Source: Myxococcota bacterium (GTDB lineage: Bacteria > Myxococcota_A > Polyangia > Nannocystales > Nannocystaceae). From it: a stretch of 64,000 nucleotides of DNA. This document shows, piece after piece, positions 1 to 9,309 of the stretch. The DNA lies in contig JBCCHT010000013.1 in NCBI GenBank assembly GCA_039028615.1, forward strand, positions 1-64,000, read 5' to 3'. Under the pieces are notes generated by a model that was given only the letters and a program-made list of their open reading frames with translations, did no database searches and was not told the origin of the DNA. How positions within the stretch are numbered: position 1 is the first letter of the stretch; every line of letters begins with the position of its first letter. The position numbers and the translations under genes are program-made.

Positions 1-2
1 TG

Positions 3-755
3 GGGAGGTACGAGGAGGCGAAGGAGGTGTACGAGGAGTCCATCTCCATCCAGGAGGGGGTGTACGGGACACGGGGGCACGGCGATGTGGCGGCATCGCT
101 GCATGGGCTGGCCAACGTCCTCGATAGTCTGGGGAGCTACGAGGAGGCGAAGGAAGTGTACAAGGAGTCCATCTCCATCAAGGAGGGGGTGTACGGGACA
201 CGGGAGCACGGCGATGTGGCGGCATCGCTGCATGGGCTGGCTAACGTTCTCGAGCATCTGGGGAGGTACGAGGAGGCGAAGGAGGTGTACGAGGAGTCCA
301 TCTCCACCCAGGAGCGTGTGTACGGATTACGGGAGCACGGCTCGGTGGCGAGTTCACTTCATGGGCTGGCCAACGTTCTCGTTCGTCTGGATAGGTACGA
401 GGAGGCGGAACGAGCGTTCCGTGAGGTCCTCGCTATCGAGGAGCGAGCGTTTGGCTCGCGCCGCACTCCCGCGAGCATTTTGACACTCGTCGTGCTTGCC
501 GAGCTTCTCGTGCAACAGCAACGCCCCCACGACGCGCTACCGCTGGCCCAAGACGGGTGGGATGGGGCGCTTGAGCACAACTCACTGCTCGACGCGGTTC
601 AGGCCGGTCCCGTCTATGTCGCCACGCTCGCCATGACGGGCCAAGAGGAAGAAGCCCGGCAAGTCCTCGCGACCGTCGTTCGGCTCCTTCAGCAACTGCC
701 CGAAGACCACCCGGTCCGGGTGTCTGTCGAGAGGCAAATCGGTCTTCGGCAATGA
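3..755 (+). CDS. TPR-repeat protein (kinesin-light-chain-like 42-aa TPRs), 5'-truncated by window edge
   Basis: Repeats of 'GRYEEAKEVYEESISIxEGVYGTRxHGDVAASLHGLANVL' with 126-bp DNA periodicity; frame is open to the window start. Confidence 0.85.
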   Translation, partial: GRYEEAKEVYEESISIQEGVYGTRGHGDVAASLHGLANVLDSLGSYEEAKEVYKESISIKEGVYGTREHGDVAASLHGLANVLEHLGRYEEAKEVYEESISTQERVYGLREHGSVASSLHGLANVLVRLDRYEEAERAFREVLAIEERAFGSRRTPASILTLVVLAELLVQQQRPHDALPLAQDGWDGALEHNSLLDAVQAGPVYVATLAMTGQEEEARQVLATVVRLLQQLPEDHPVRVSVERQIGLRQ

Positions 756-810
756 GCCGTGGGAGCGGACCGAAGGGACGCTTCCACGTGCGAGCATCCG
801 TGCTCGTGAA

Positions 811-841
811 GGCTCGCAGCGCCTTTTTGGCGCTGCGAGCC
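811..841. terminator. Perfect 13-bp hairpin between convergent genes (possible terminator or REP-like element)
   Basis: GGCTCGCAGCGCC-TTTTT-GGCGCTGCGAGCC; no flanking U-tract. Confidence 0.45.
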
Positions 842-891
842 CACCGCTACCCGTACCGCTGCGTCGTCGGGTGCATCGAGGCTCGAACCCC

Positions 892-1389
892 TCAACCCGC
901 CTGCTCAGCCACCGCCGCCGGCCGTACCAACCCACGAACCCACGAAATCGCCATCAACAGCGCCGTCAACGAAATCAACAGCCCGAACACGAACCCCGTC
1001 ATCTGATCCCCAAATTTGTAGTCCTTGCCGACCGGATGATTCCGCTTCGGATCCCGATCCCAGTACGTCACCGCGATCGTCGGCTTCACCTGCTCGGGCT
1101 TCACCTCCACGAACCCATCCTCGTACGGATACTGATACGTCTGCCCATCCACCTCGAACGAGTACTTCAGCCGCACATGATCCCGAGACCCATGCGAGTT
1201 CTCGACCCCGGGCGTCCAGGAAATCTCGCGATAGTTCGCCGCGTCGTGCACGGTGGCCTCGACCTCGGTCCCGAACCACGCGGCCCCCTTGACCTTCATC
1301 AGCGAGTCCCAGCCGGCGGTGCTCATGAAGTACCCCCCAACGCCGAGTCCGAGGGTGATCAGCAAAAAGATCGGGCGTAGACGTTTCAC
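892..1389 (-). CDS. Membrane protein, DUF3592-like
   Basis: N-terminal TM (IFLLITLGLGVGGYF), beta-rich middle (YSFEVDGQTY...VTYWDRDP), C-terminal TM; GTG start at 1389 chosen. Confidence 0.6.
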   Translation of the reverse strand: MKRLRPIFLLITLGLGVGGYFMSTAGWDSLMKVKGAAWFGTEVEATVHDAANYREISWTPGVENSHGSRDHVRLKYSFEVDGQTYQYPYEDGFVEVKPEQVKPTIAVTYWDRDPKRNHPVGKDYKFGDQMTGFVFGLLISLTALLMAISWVRGLVRPAAVAEQAG

Positions 1390-1542
1390 GCGAATGCTCC
1401 TTCGTCCGTGGACTGTCACTAATCCAGACGGAGCCTCGATTCCGCGGTTGCAGTCCGTCGCACAGGTTGTGGCCAAGATCTCGAAGTCGCAGAGCCTGCG
1501 ACGTGTAGTCCCTCGGTGTCAGATTTACCCGAGCGCTTCGAA

Positions 1543-1573
1543 CGACAAAGCCCCGCCCGAAAGGGGCGGGGCT
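1543..1573 (-). terminator. Rho-independent terminator downstream of valS
   Basis: Stem AGCCCCGCCC/GGGCGGGGCT (1549-1573) followed by a short T-tract on the minus strand, about 30 bp after the valS stop. Confidence 0.7.
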
Positions 1574-1601
1574 CCACAAAGCTCCAAGCGAGCGGCGTTC
1601 C

Positions 1602-4265
1602 TCAGCCCTTGGCGGGCTTCGGCGGCTTGGGAGGCTTGGGCGCAATCTCGACGTCGCTCAACTCGAACTCACCCTCGGCAAGCTCCTCATTGGCCTGCAG
1701 CGTATGCGCCTGCACCCGCCCCGCGGCGAGCACATCACCCAGCACAGGCGCGAGCCGGTCGTGGTCGGCCTGCCGGGCATGCAGCACCATGGTGACGATG
1801 CCACGCCCGACACCAACCCCCGCGCTGGTCTTGGCCCGGTTGATGGCCGTGAGCGCCGAGACGGCGATCCCAAACCCACCCGGGTCGGCGGGAGCCTCCA
1901 CGGCAGCAAAATCCGTCTCGCTGGGCCACGCGGCGCCGTGGATGCTGGCCTGACCGGTCTCTTCGGCGAAGATCCACGACCAAACCTCCTCGGTGATGTA
2001 CGGCAGCACGGGCGCGAACAACCGCAGCAAGACCTGCAGCCCGAGCCGCAGCGCCGCGATGGCCGACCCACGCCCCTCAGGGTCCTCCTCGTTGCGCGCG
2101 CGCGCCTTGATGAGCTCGAGGTAGCTGTCGGTAAACCGCGCCCAGAAGAAGCTCTCCGTGGCCCGCAGGGCAGGGGAGAACTCGAACTCCTCGTACGAGG
2201 CCGTGGCCTCCTTCACCACCGCGAGCAGCTCGTGGCAGAAGCCCCGGTCGAGCTCGTTGGTGATGGGCTTGACGGGCCCTTCTTGCGCGAGCACGAACTT
2301 GCTGGCGTTGAAGAGCTTGGTGACGAGCCGCTTGCCCATCGAGAGCATCTTCTCGTCGAAGGCAGTATCGACCCCGAGCCGAGCATTGGCCGTCCAGTAG
2401 CGCACGCCATCGGAGGTGTACTTGTCGAGCAGCTCGGTGGGGACGATGACGTTGCCCTTGGACTTGGACATCTTCTTGCGGTCGGGATCGAGGATCCAAC
2501 CGGAGATGAGCACGTGCTTCCAGGGCACGACGTCCTCGTGGGCCATGGCCTTGGCGATGGTGTAGAAGGCCCAGGTCCGAATGATTTCGTGGCTCTGCGG
2601 GCGGATGTCGGCGGGGAAGAGCGCTTTGTGGCGCTCGCCGTTCATCTGCCAGTGCGACGAAATCTGCGGGGTCATCGAGCTGGTGAACCAGGTGTCGAAG
2701 ACGTCGGTCTCGGCCATGAACCCGTTCGGCTGGCCGCGCTGCGACTCCTCGTAACCCGCGGGCGGGGTGACGGTGGGGTCGACGGGGAGGGTGTCGACGC
2801 CGGCGAGCAGGGGCTCGTCGTAGTTGGGCTGGCCTTCACCGTTGAGGGCGTACCAGACGGGGAAGGAGACGCCGAAGTAGCGCTGACGGCTGATGCACCA
2901 GTCGAGGCCGAGGTTCTCGGTCCACACGCGGTAGCGGTGCCCCATGAAGTCGGGGTGCCACTTGATCTCGTCGCCCTTGTTCAGCAGGTCTTGCTTGCGG
3001 TCGAGCAGGCGACAGAACCACTGCCGCGTGGGGACGAGCTCGAGGGGGCGGTCGCCCTTCTCGAAGAACTTCACGGCGTGCTTGATCTTCTTCTGGGCCC
3101 GCAGGGGCACCTCGCTGCCGGTCGCGGCGGCGCTGGCCTCCCCGAGCAGCTCCAAGACCTTCTCTCGCGCCTGAACCGGGCGCAGGCCCTCGAGCGCGGC
3201 GTAGGCCTCGTTGGCGGCGTCGGCGTTGAGGCTCTCCCAGCCCTCGGTGCCGTAGCTGACGGGCAGAAGCCGCCCCTTGAGCCCGATGATCTGCCGCAGG
3301 GCGAGCTTCTGCTCGCGCCACCAGATGACGTCGGTCTGGTCGCCGAAGGTGCAGATCATCAGGATGCCGGTCCCCTTGTCCTTCTCGACCAGATCGCTGG
3401 TGAAGATGGGCACGGGCACGCGGAACAGCGGGGTGACGGCGCGCTTGCCCACGAGGTGGGCGTAGCGCTCGTCCTCGGGGTGGCAGGCCACGCCCACGCA
3501 GGCGGGCAGCAGCTCGGGCCGCGTGGTGGAGATGACGAACTCCTCGTCGCTACCCTCCACGCCGAAGGCGACGTCGTTGAAGGTGCTGTCGAGCTCGCGG
3601 TCTTCGAGCTCGGCCTGCGCGACGGCGGTCTGGAAGTCGACGTCCCACAGGGTGGGGGCGTCGGAGTTGTAGAGCATGCCCTTTTGGTGCAGGTCGAGGA
3701 ACGAACGCTGGGCAATCTCGCGGCAGTGGTCGTCGATGGTGGCGTACTCCTGACGCCAGTCGACGGACACGCCCAGGCGACGCCACAGGGCGAGGAAGGC
3801 CTTTTCGTCCTCGCGCGTGAGCTGCTGGCAGGCCTCGACGAAGTTGGGGCGCGAGACGAGGCGCGGCCGCTTCTTGCGGACCTTGGCCGAGGCGGCTTCG
3901 AAGGTGAGGCCCTCTTCGTAGGGCAGGCTCGGGTCGCAGCGGATGTGATAGTAGTTTTGGACCCGGCGCTCGGTGGGCAGGCCGTTGTCGTCCCAGCCCA
4001 TGGGGTAGAAGATGTTCTTCCCCGTCATGCGCTGGTAACGAACGACCAGGTCGGTGTGCGTGTAGCTGAACACGTGGCCGACGTGCAGCGAGCCCGAGAC
4101 GGTGGGCGGCGGCGTGTCGACGACGAAGGTCTCCTCGCGCGGACGCGAGGGGTCGTAGTGATACAGGCCGCGCTCTTGCCAGGTCTCGTCCCAGCGCTGC
4201 TCGGCCGCGGGGGCGTCGAAGTGCTTGGGCAGAGTCGAGGGATCGATGGTGCGTTGGTCGGTCAT
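1602..4265 (-). CDS. valS: Valine--tRNA ligase (type 2, archaeal/actinobacterial-like)
   Basis: DTPPPTVSGSLHVGH (HIGH), GWDDNGLPTE, STTRPE, DWCISRQR, KKMSKSKGN; start MTDQR at 4265. Confidence 0.96.
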   Translation of the reverse strand: MTDQRTIDPSTLPKHFDAPAAEQRWDETWQERGLYHYDPSRPREETFVVDTPPPTVSGSLHVGHVFSYTHTDLVVRYQRMTGKNIFYPMGWDDNGLPTERRVQNYYHIRCDPSLPYEEGLTFEAASAKVRKKRPRLVSRPNFVEACQQLTREDEKAFLALWRRLGVSVDWRQEYATIDDHCREIAQRSFLDLHQKGMLYNSDAPTLWDVDFQTAVAQAELEDRELDSTFNDVAFGVEGSDEEFVISTTRPELLPACVGVACHPEDERYAHLVGKRAVTPLFRVPVPIFTSDLVEKDKGTGILMICTFGDQTDVIWWREQKLALRQIIGLKGRLLPVSYGTEGWESLNADAANEAYAALEGLRPVQAREKVLELLGEASAAATGSEVPLRAQKKIKHAVKFFEKGDRPLELVPTRQWFCRLLDRKQDLLNKGDEIKWHPDFMGHRYRVWTENLGLDWCISRQRYFGVSFPVWYALNGEGQPNYDEPLLAGVDTLPVDPTVTPPAGYEESQRGQPNGFMAETDVFDTWFTSSMTPQISSHWQMNGERHKALFPADIRPQSHEIIRTWAFYTIAKAMAHEDVVPWKHVLISGWILDPDRKKMSKSKGNVIVPTELLDKYTSDGVRYWTANARLGVDTAFDEKMLSMGKRLVTKLFNASKFVLAQEGPVKPITNELDRGFCHELLAVVKEATASYEEFEFSPALRATESFFWARFTDSYLELIKARARNEEDPEGRGSAIAALRLGLQVLLRLFAPVLPYITEEVWSWIFAEETGQASIHGAAWPSETDFAAVEAPADPGGFGIAVSALTAINRAKTSAGVGVGRGIVTMVLHARQADHDRLAPVLGDVLAAGRVQAHTLQANEELAEGEFELSDVEIAPKPPKPPKPAKG

Positions 4266-4373
4266 GGGCCCCGGAAGAGGCGCAACGACACCACAGGGGT
4301 GGCGGGGCGACAACCCGGGCCCAATCGGTCCCTGGCGCCTCGATGGAGGGCATTTAGCGCGTGAGCGGGCTCG

Positions 4374-4766
4374 CTAGGCCTTGGCGAAGTAGGCCTCGAG
4401 CGGTCGCCAGTACTTCTGGTGCCAGCCGACCTCGAGGTGCTGCTGGGTGCCCTCGGGGTGCCCCGCCTGGTCGAAGTGCACGAGCGTGCCGCCGTCGCGT
4501 GCCTCGAAGCGGTAGCGAATGACCGAGTAGACGCCGGGCTCCCAGTTCTGGGCGCGCCAGACCTGGACGATGCGCTCGCCGGGCAGCAGCTCGATGTTGC
4601 GGCCCGTGACGTAGCCGCCGTGCCACGAGCAGGCGCCGCCTTCTTCGGGGCTGATGGTGGCGGGCGCCCCAGTGAACGCGGCGTGCTCGGTCGCGTCGGT
4701 GAGCGCCCGGTAGACCTGCTCGGGGGTGGCGGCAAAGGGGATCTCTTGGTGAATTGGGGTGCTCAT
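4374..4766 (-). CDS. SRPBCC/AHSA1 domain protein
   Basis: ATPEQVYRALTD, ERIVQVWR, GWHQKYWRPLEAYF are typical Aha1-C/SRPBCC motifs. Confidence 0.85.
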   Translation of the reverse strand: MSTPIHQEIPFAATPEQVYRALTDATEHAAFTGAPATISPEEGGACSWHGGYVTGRNIELLPGERIVQVWRAQNWEPGVYSVIRYRFEARDGGTLVHFDQAGHPEGTQQHLEVGWHQKYWRPLEAYFAKA

Positions 4767-4780
4767 GGCCGTTTGAAATA

Positions 4781-4798
4781 TTTAACCGTTTGGTTTAA
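4781..4798. promoter_or_regulatory. Probable ArsR operator in divergent intergenic region
   Basis: TTTAACC-GTTT-GGTTTAA near-palindrome in an AT-rich 58-bp gap between SRPBCC and arsR genes. Confidence 0.6.
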
Positions 4799-4824
4799 CG
4801 TTGAGATACACCGAGGCATCAGGG

Positions 4825-5187
4825 GTGGCAAGGAGAAAACCGGCAGGAGATTCGGACGACCCGGAGCAGCAGCACGACCGCGTCTTTCATGCGCTCGCCG
4901 ATCGAACACGGCGACGGCTGCTGGCTGCCCTCGCCGAGCGACCGGGCACGGTGTCCGAGCTCGCGGCCCCGTTTTCGATGTCGCTGCCCGCGGTGTCCAA
5001 GCACATCAAGGTGCTCGAGCGGGCGGGCCTGGTGGTGCGCACGGTCGACGGTCGGTTGCATCGATGCTCGCTCGGTGCCGCGCCGCTGCAACAGGTCGCG
5101 GCGTGGCTCGATCCCTATCGCCAGTTCTGGACGGACACCCTGGATTCGCTGGCTCGCTACGCCGAGCAGGAAGAGGACGAACCATGA
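4825..5187 (+). CDS. ArsR/SmtB family transcriptional regulator
   Basis: VFHALADRTRRRLL...VSELAAPFSMSLPAVSKHIKVLERAGLV HTH. Confidence 0.92.
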   Translation: MARRKPAGDSDDPEQQHDRVFHALADRTRRRLLAALAERPGTVSELAAPFSMSLPAVSKHIKVLERAGLVVRTVDGRLHRCSLGAAPLQQVAAWLDPYRQFWTDTLDSLARYAEQEEDEP

Positions 5188-5615
5188 CCGACTCGATCAC
5201 GTTGACCGTACGGCGGACGATTCGCGCGAGCGCGGCGCGACTATTCGAGGCCTGGACGACCCCCGCGATGCTGAAGCAGTGGTGGGGGCCGCAGGGGGTC
5301 GAGTGCAGCGATGCCGCCGTCGACCTGCGGGTGGGCGGGCACTACCACCTCGACAACCGGCTCCCCAGCGGAGAGGTGCTGCGCATCGAAGGGGAGTTCG
5401 AGGTGATCGAGCCGCCGCATACCCTGGTGTACTCGTGGCGGCTCGGCCCGGGCGGCAGTGCCGAGCGGGTGACGGTGCGCTTCGAGGTGTGCGAGGGTGG
5501 CACCGAGGTCTCGATCGTGCACGAACGCATCGCGACCGAGCCCGCGCGAGACCAGCACGAGCACGGCTGGCTCGGGTGCCTCGACGGATTGGTGACGCTG
5601 CTGGAGGCCGGCTGA
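5184..5615 (+). CDS. SRPBCC/AHSA1 domain protein
   Basis: RLFEAWTTPAMLKQWWGP, DLRVGGHY, HEHGWLGCLDGL; ATGA overlap with arsR stop. Confidence 0.88.
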   Translation: MTDSITLTVRRTIRASAARLFEAWTTPAMLKQWWGPQGVECSDAAVDLRVGGHYHLDNRLPSGEVLRIEGEFEVIEPPHTLVYSWRLGPGGSAERVTVRFEVCEGGTEVSIVHERIATEPARDQHEHGWLGCLDGLVTLLEAG

Positions 5616-5646
5616 GCCGTAACGGCTCGGGGCGGCCGGGTCGTCG

Positions 5647-6990
5647 CTAGCTGCGGCGGCGACGGAAGGCGAGCAGCAGCAGGCCGATGGCGAAGCCGTA
5701 GGGCGCGTCGCTGCCCTGCTGGGTGCAGCCGCAGCCGCCGGGCGTGCCGGGGACCAGACCCGCGGACTCGGTATCGACGTCGCCGCTGCCGGAGCCCATG
5801 CCCCCGAGCGTGCCTCCTCCGCCGCCCATGGTGGCACTGCCCGCGCCACCGCTCTCGTCGAGGCTTCCGGTCGCCGCCGAGGCGTCACCCTCGATCAGGA
5901 TCGACACGGGCGAGCTGAGCCCCTCGTTGCCGTACTCGTCGACCGCGACGATCTCGAGGGCATAAAGGCCCGGGCTCAGGTCCATGATCTGCCAGCCCCA
6001 GGGGTCGGTGGTGTCGATCTGGAGCAGCGAGCCGTTGGCGTACAGGGTGGCCTCGTCGATGAGGCTGTCGTCGATGATCTCGGCCAGGACGGTGAAGCCG
6101 TCGCCGTCTTGGTAGGTGGTGCCGGTCAGCGGCGCGGTGACGGTGATGATGGGGCCGTCGGTGTCCGGGATGGCGGGCCCGAACATGGTCAGCAGCTCCT
6201 GGTGGGAGTTCTGACCGGTGCCGTCGGGGCAGTGCAGCAGGTGCTGGTCGGGGCAGGAGGCGCCGCCCGAAAGCGGCAGGCACTCGTCGATGAACGAGGG
6301 GTCACCGCCCGCGTTGAACGGGTTGAGGATGTCTCCCGGCTCGTCGACGTGCTCGAGGCCGTAGGAGTGCGCGACCTCCTGGCCGATGGTGGTGGCGGTG
6401 GTCGCCGCATCGAAGCCGTCGTTGAGGTCGTGGAAGGCGTAGGTGATGTTGCTGTGGGTCTGGAAGTTGCCGCAGTCGATGGGTGCGATGCCCAGCACGC
6501 CGCCCCCGAAGGGGTTGGTGGGGCCGGTCATGTTCATCGTGTACTCGCCGCTGGCGGGGCGGGTGTCGACGACGTCCATGTTGTAGGCGGCCCAGTCGTT
6601 GCGGGTGGCCTGCATGACGGCCGTGCGCTTGTCGCCGACGCCGTAGGGGGCAAAGGTGCCCGCGAGCTCGCCGATCTGGGTGGTGTTGTTCTTCGCATCG
6701 TCGGCGCCCATGGTCAGCATGGCGCCGTCGAAGTTGACGAAGATGATCTTGGGCGGCGGGTTGCCCCCCTCGGAGGGCGGTGTGGTCAGGTTGCGCCGCG
6801 GGTAGTGGTCGGGCACGGGCCGGGGCTCGCCGCGGGACTGGCCGAGGCCAATCTCTTCCAGCTCCGGCTGGGTCATGTCCCAGGTCTCCGGGCGCTCGTC
6901 GGCGTCGGCCGCACGCGACGAGCCCGACAAGGCGAGCAGCGTCAGCGACGCGATGAACAATGAACCCGAGCGTACGACGAGCCGCTTCAC
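5647..6990 (-). CDS. Secreted metzincin-like protein with Ig-like domain and MYXO-CTERM anchor
   Basis: Signal peptide; IIFVNFDG; QEVAHSYGLEH..DILNP; DTDGPIITVTAP..AVDEYGN Ig-like domain; GCGC-TM-RRRRS tail. Confidence 0.75.
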   Translation of the reverse strand: MKRLVVRSGSLFIASLTLLALSGSSRAADADERPETWDMTQPELEEIGLGQSRGEPRPVPDHYPRRNLTTPPSEGGNPPPKIIFVNFDGAMLTMGADDAKNNTTQIGELAGTFAPYGVGDKRTAVMQATRNDWAAYNMDVVDTRPASGEYTMNMTGPTNPFGGGVLGIAPIDCGNFQTHSNITYAFHDLNDGFDAATTATTIGQEVAHSYGLEHVDEPGDILNPFNAGGDPSFIDECLPLSGGASCPDQHLLHCPDGTGQNSHQELLTMFGPAIPDTDGPIITVTAPLTGTTYQDGDGFTVLAEIIDDSLIDEATLYANGSLLQIDTTDPWGWQIMDLSPGLYALEIVAVDEYGNEGLSSPVSILIEGDASAATGSLDESGGAGSATMGGGGGTLGGMGSGSGDVDTESAGLVPGTPGGCGCTQQGSDAPYGFAIGLLLLAFRRRRS

Positions 6991-7081
6991 GGTCAATTGA
7001 GTGTCACGAGCCAGGGGGATCCGTCTACGCCCAAACGCGAACCGCGTGACGGACCCGTCATTTGCCCCAGAGTTGCCAACC

Positions 7082-7975
7082 ATGCCAGCGTCGCAGCCGC
7101 CGATGTGGCGACGAGCGCTGGGAAGGACCCTCGGGTTGGGGATCGCTTCCATCGACCGAATCGAGGCGGGGCTGGGCGATCTGCGACGGACCGCGGCCTT
7201 CGTGCAGGGACGGGTGTTGTTCCGGCCGCGGCCCGACGACCTGTACGTCGCGACCTATCCCCGCTCGGGCACGACGTGGATGCAGTTCCTCCTCCACCAG
7301 CTGGCGCGCGGCGACCAACCGTTTCGCCACATCAATGACGTATGCCCCTGGTTCGAACGGTCGTTGGCAGTGGGCAGCATGACGGCCGAGGACCTCGAGC
7401 GGCTGCCCTCGCCGCGGATCTTCAAGACCCACCTGCTGCCGATGTGGCTGCCAGAGGGTGGGCGCTGCGTCTACATCGAGCGCGGCCCGGGGGACGTGGC
7501 GCTGTCGTATTTTCGGCTGTATCGCGACTACCTGGGGTTTGCGGGCACGTTCGACGACTTCCTCGAGCGCTTCGTGGCCGGGCGAGTGCAGTACGGATCG
7601 TGGTGGAGCCACGTGGCGGCCTGGCGGGCGCTGGCCGAGACGCCGCGGGTGCTGTGCATCCGCTACGAGGCGCTGCGGGCCGACCCGACGGCGGAGCTGA
7701 CCCGGGTGGCACAGTTCGGGGGGCTGCCCACCGAGCCGGAGCGCATCGCCGCCGCGGTCGAGGGGGCGAGCCTGAGCCGCATGAAGGAACTGGAGGGGCG
7801 CTTCGACCATGCCTCGGCGCTGCTGCACGAGCGCGGGATCGCTCCCCGCAGCTTCATTCGCCAGGGCAAGGTCGGCGCGGCGCACCAGGAACTGTCGCCG
7901 CAGCAGCGCGAGCGCCTGGCCGCGGGTCAACAAACGCCGCGTAGACCCCCCTGGCTGCCCGCATTCTTGCATTGA
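7082..7975 (+). CDS. PAPS-dependent sulfotransferase (Sulfotransfer_1)
   Basis: RPDDLYVATYPRSGTTW, RIFKTHL, RGPGDVALS, IRYEAL, FIRQGKVG. Confidence 0.88.
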   Translation: MPASQPPMWRRALGRTLGLGIASIDRIEAGLGDLRRTAAFVQGRVLFRPRPDDLYVATYPRSGTTWMQFLLHQLARGDQPFRHINDVCPWFERSLAVGSMTAEDLERLPSPRIFKTHLLPMWLPEGGRCVYIERGPGDVALSYFRLYRDYLGFAGTFDDFLERFVAGRVQYGSWWSHVAAWRALAETPRVLCIRYEALRADPTAELTRVAQFGGLPTEPERIAAAVEGASLSRMKELEGRFDHASALLHERGIAPRSFIRQGKVGAAHQELSPQQRERLAAGQQTPRRPPWLPAFLH

Positions 7976-8005
7976 CGACTTTTTTCGCCTCGAGGCGAAA
8001 AAAAC

Positions 8006-8033
8006 CTGCGCCTGTGCCCGGTGGGCCGCGTTG
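8006..8033 (+). promoter_or_regulatory. Putative ECF-sigma promoter, copy 1
   Basis: CTGCGCC-N12-GCCGCGTTG after an A-tract, 8 nt upstream of ATG 8042; identical motif at 9310-9337. Confidence 0.6.
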
Positions 8034-8041
8034 AGGGGGTG

Positions 8042-8407
8042 ATGCGACGGAACACTCTCCTCACCCGCTTGGCTCTCATCTGCACCATGGCCGTCGGCGC
8101 CCTGGCCGTGAGCGCACCGATGCTGCCCACCACCGCCGAGGCCTGCGGCCCCTACGGACCGCGCACGCCGAAGGACATGGCTCGAAACCAGGCGCACTGG
8201 CAGCACTACGCCCATGGGGACGACACGCTGTGGATCGAGAACTCGAGGGTGCGAATGGACGGGGATGTGGCCTACGTGCGCCTGAAGCTGAAGGGGCAAG
8301 ACGGCAAGGACTACCGCCAGACCATGAAGCTGCACCGCGCCGACGGGGGTTGGGCGCTCAGCTGGGCGGGGAAGGTTCGTCCGCGTCGGGGTCAGGCTCA
8401 GGCATAG
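8042..8407 (+). CDS. Small secreted hypothetical protein
   Basis: Signal peptide ending AEA followed by C; short beta-rich (possibly NTF2-like) domain; overlaps the 3' end of the convergent sigma gene. Confidence 0.65.
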   Translation: MRRNTLLTRLALICTMAVGALAVSAPMLPTTAEACGPYGPRTPKDMARNQAHWQHYAHGDDTLWIENSRVRMDGDVAYVRLKLKGQDGKDYRQTMKLHRADGGWALSWAGKVRPRRGQAQA

Positions 8408-9275
8408 CCGTTTGGAGCAGTCGGGAGAGGCCGACCTCGAGGCGGCTGCGGATGAGGACCATGACGCTGTCGAATTCGTCTCGGCTCAGCTTCAGGTCCT
8501 CCCGCAGCGCCTCGCGGGTGGCGGAGAACAGCTGCTTCCGAACGCGGGCCAAGGTCCGCACGATGGTGGAGCGGTGCTGGCCGTACATGCGGGCCAGGTC
8601 TTCGAGGGTCATGCCGCCGAGCTGATGCAGCCGCAGGATGTTGCGATCGCGGCGGTCGAGCTGAGACACGGCCCGGGCGAAGGCGGTGCGGAAGGCCTCG
8701 CGATAGTGGGCCTTGAGAAAGTGGAGTTCGGGATCTTCGGCCGGGGAGGCGAGGCGCTCGAAGTCCTCGTCGCCCGTGGACTTGCCCCCGGCGGGGTCGG
8801 CTTTGTCGCGGCGGAGCCGGTCGAGCGCGGTGCGGACGGCCACGACCTTGACCAGCCCCCGGAGCTTGCCCCGACCGGCGTAGCGCACGAGCTTGATGGC
8901 CCCCTCGGAGTCGGGGACCAACAGCTTTTGGCGGACCTGCTGGCGCACTTCGTCGACGGCCGCGGCGTCCAGGCGCATGTGCGCGGTCGCGGTGGCCACG
9001 ATGCCCATGTAGTGCTCGTCGAGCTCGCGGAGCGCAGCGGCGCGGCCCGCCGCACAGGCGCACGCGAGGCCGAGTTCCTGCGCGGAGGCGGTGTCGCTGG
9101 GCCACGGCTCGCCCGCGGCGGCGCGTCGGGCCACCTCGATGACGAGCGGCTCGGCCAGATCGGGCACGGCCGCGTCCTCGAGCAGTCGCTGCAGGCGATG
9201 TTGGAGGGCCGTGGCCTCGGTGTCGGCGGGGCCCCCTCGTGCGACGAAGAGGTCGGCCAAGGGGGTGGCGCTCAC
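8358..9275 (-). CDS. Myxobacterial-type ECF sigma-70 factor
   Basis: ELGLACACAAG..A, YAGRGKLRGLVKVVAVRTALD, region 4 LDRRDRNILRLHQLGGMTLEDLARMYGQHRSTIVR. Confidence 0.85.
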   Translation of the reverse strand: MSATPLADLFVARGGPADTEATALQHRLQRLLEDAAVPDLAEPLVIEVARRAAAGEPWPSDTASAQELGLACACAAGRAAALRELDEHYMGIVATATAHMRLDAAAVDEVRQQVRQKLLVPDSEGAIKLVRYAGRGKLRGLVKVVAVRTALDRLRRDKADPAGGKSTGDEDFERLASPAEDPELHFLKAHYREAFRTAFARAVSQLDRRDRNILRLHQLGGMTLEDLARMYGQHRSTIVRTLARVRKQLFSATREALREDLKLSRDEFDSVMVLIRSRLEVGLSRLLQTAMPEPDPDADEPSPPS

Positions 9276-9309
9276 GGCCCGAGGGTAACGCGATTTTCCT
9301 CGAAAAAGT

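Noticed and set aside
1704..4364. 886-aa plus-strand ORF
   Set aside because: Antisense shadow of valS, typical of high-GC codon bias; no motifs.
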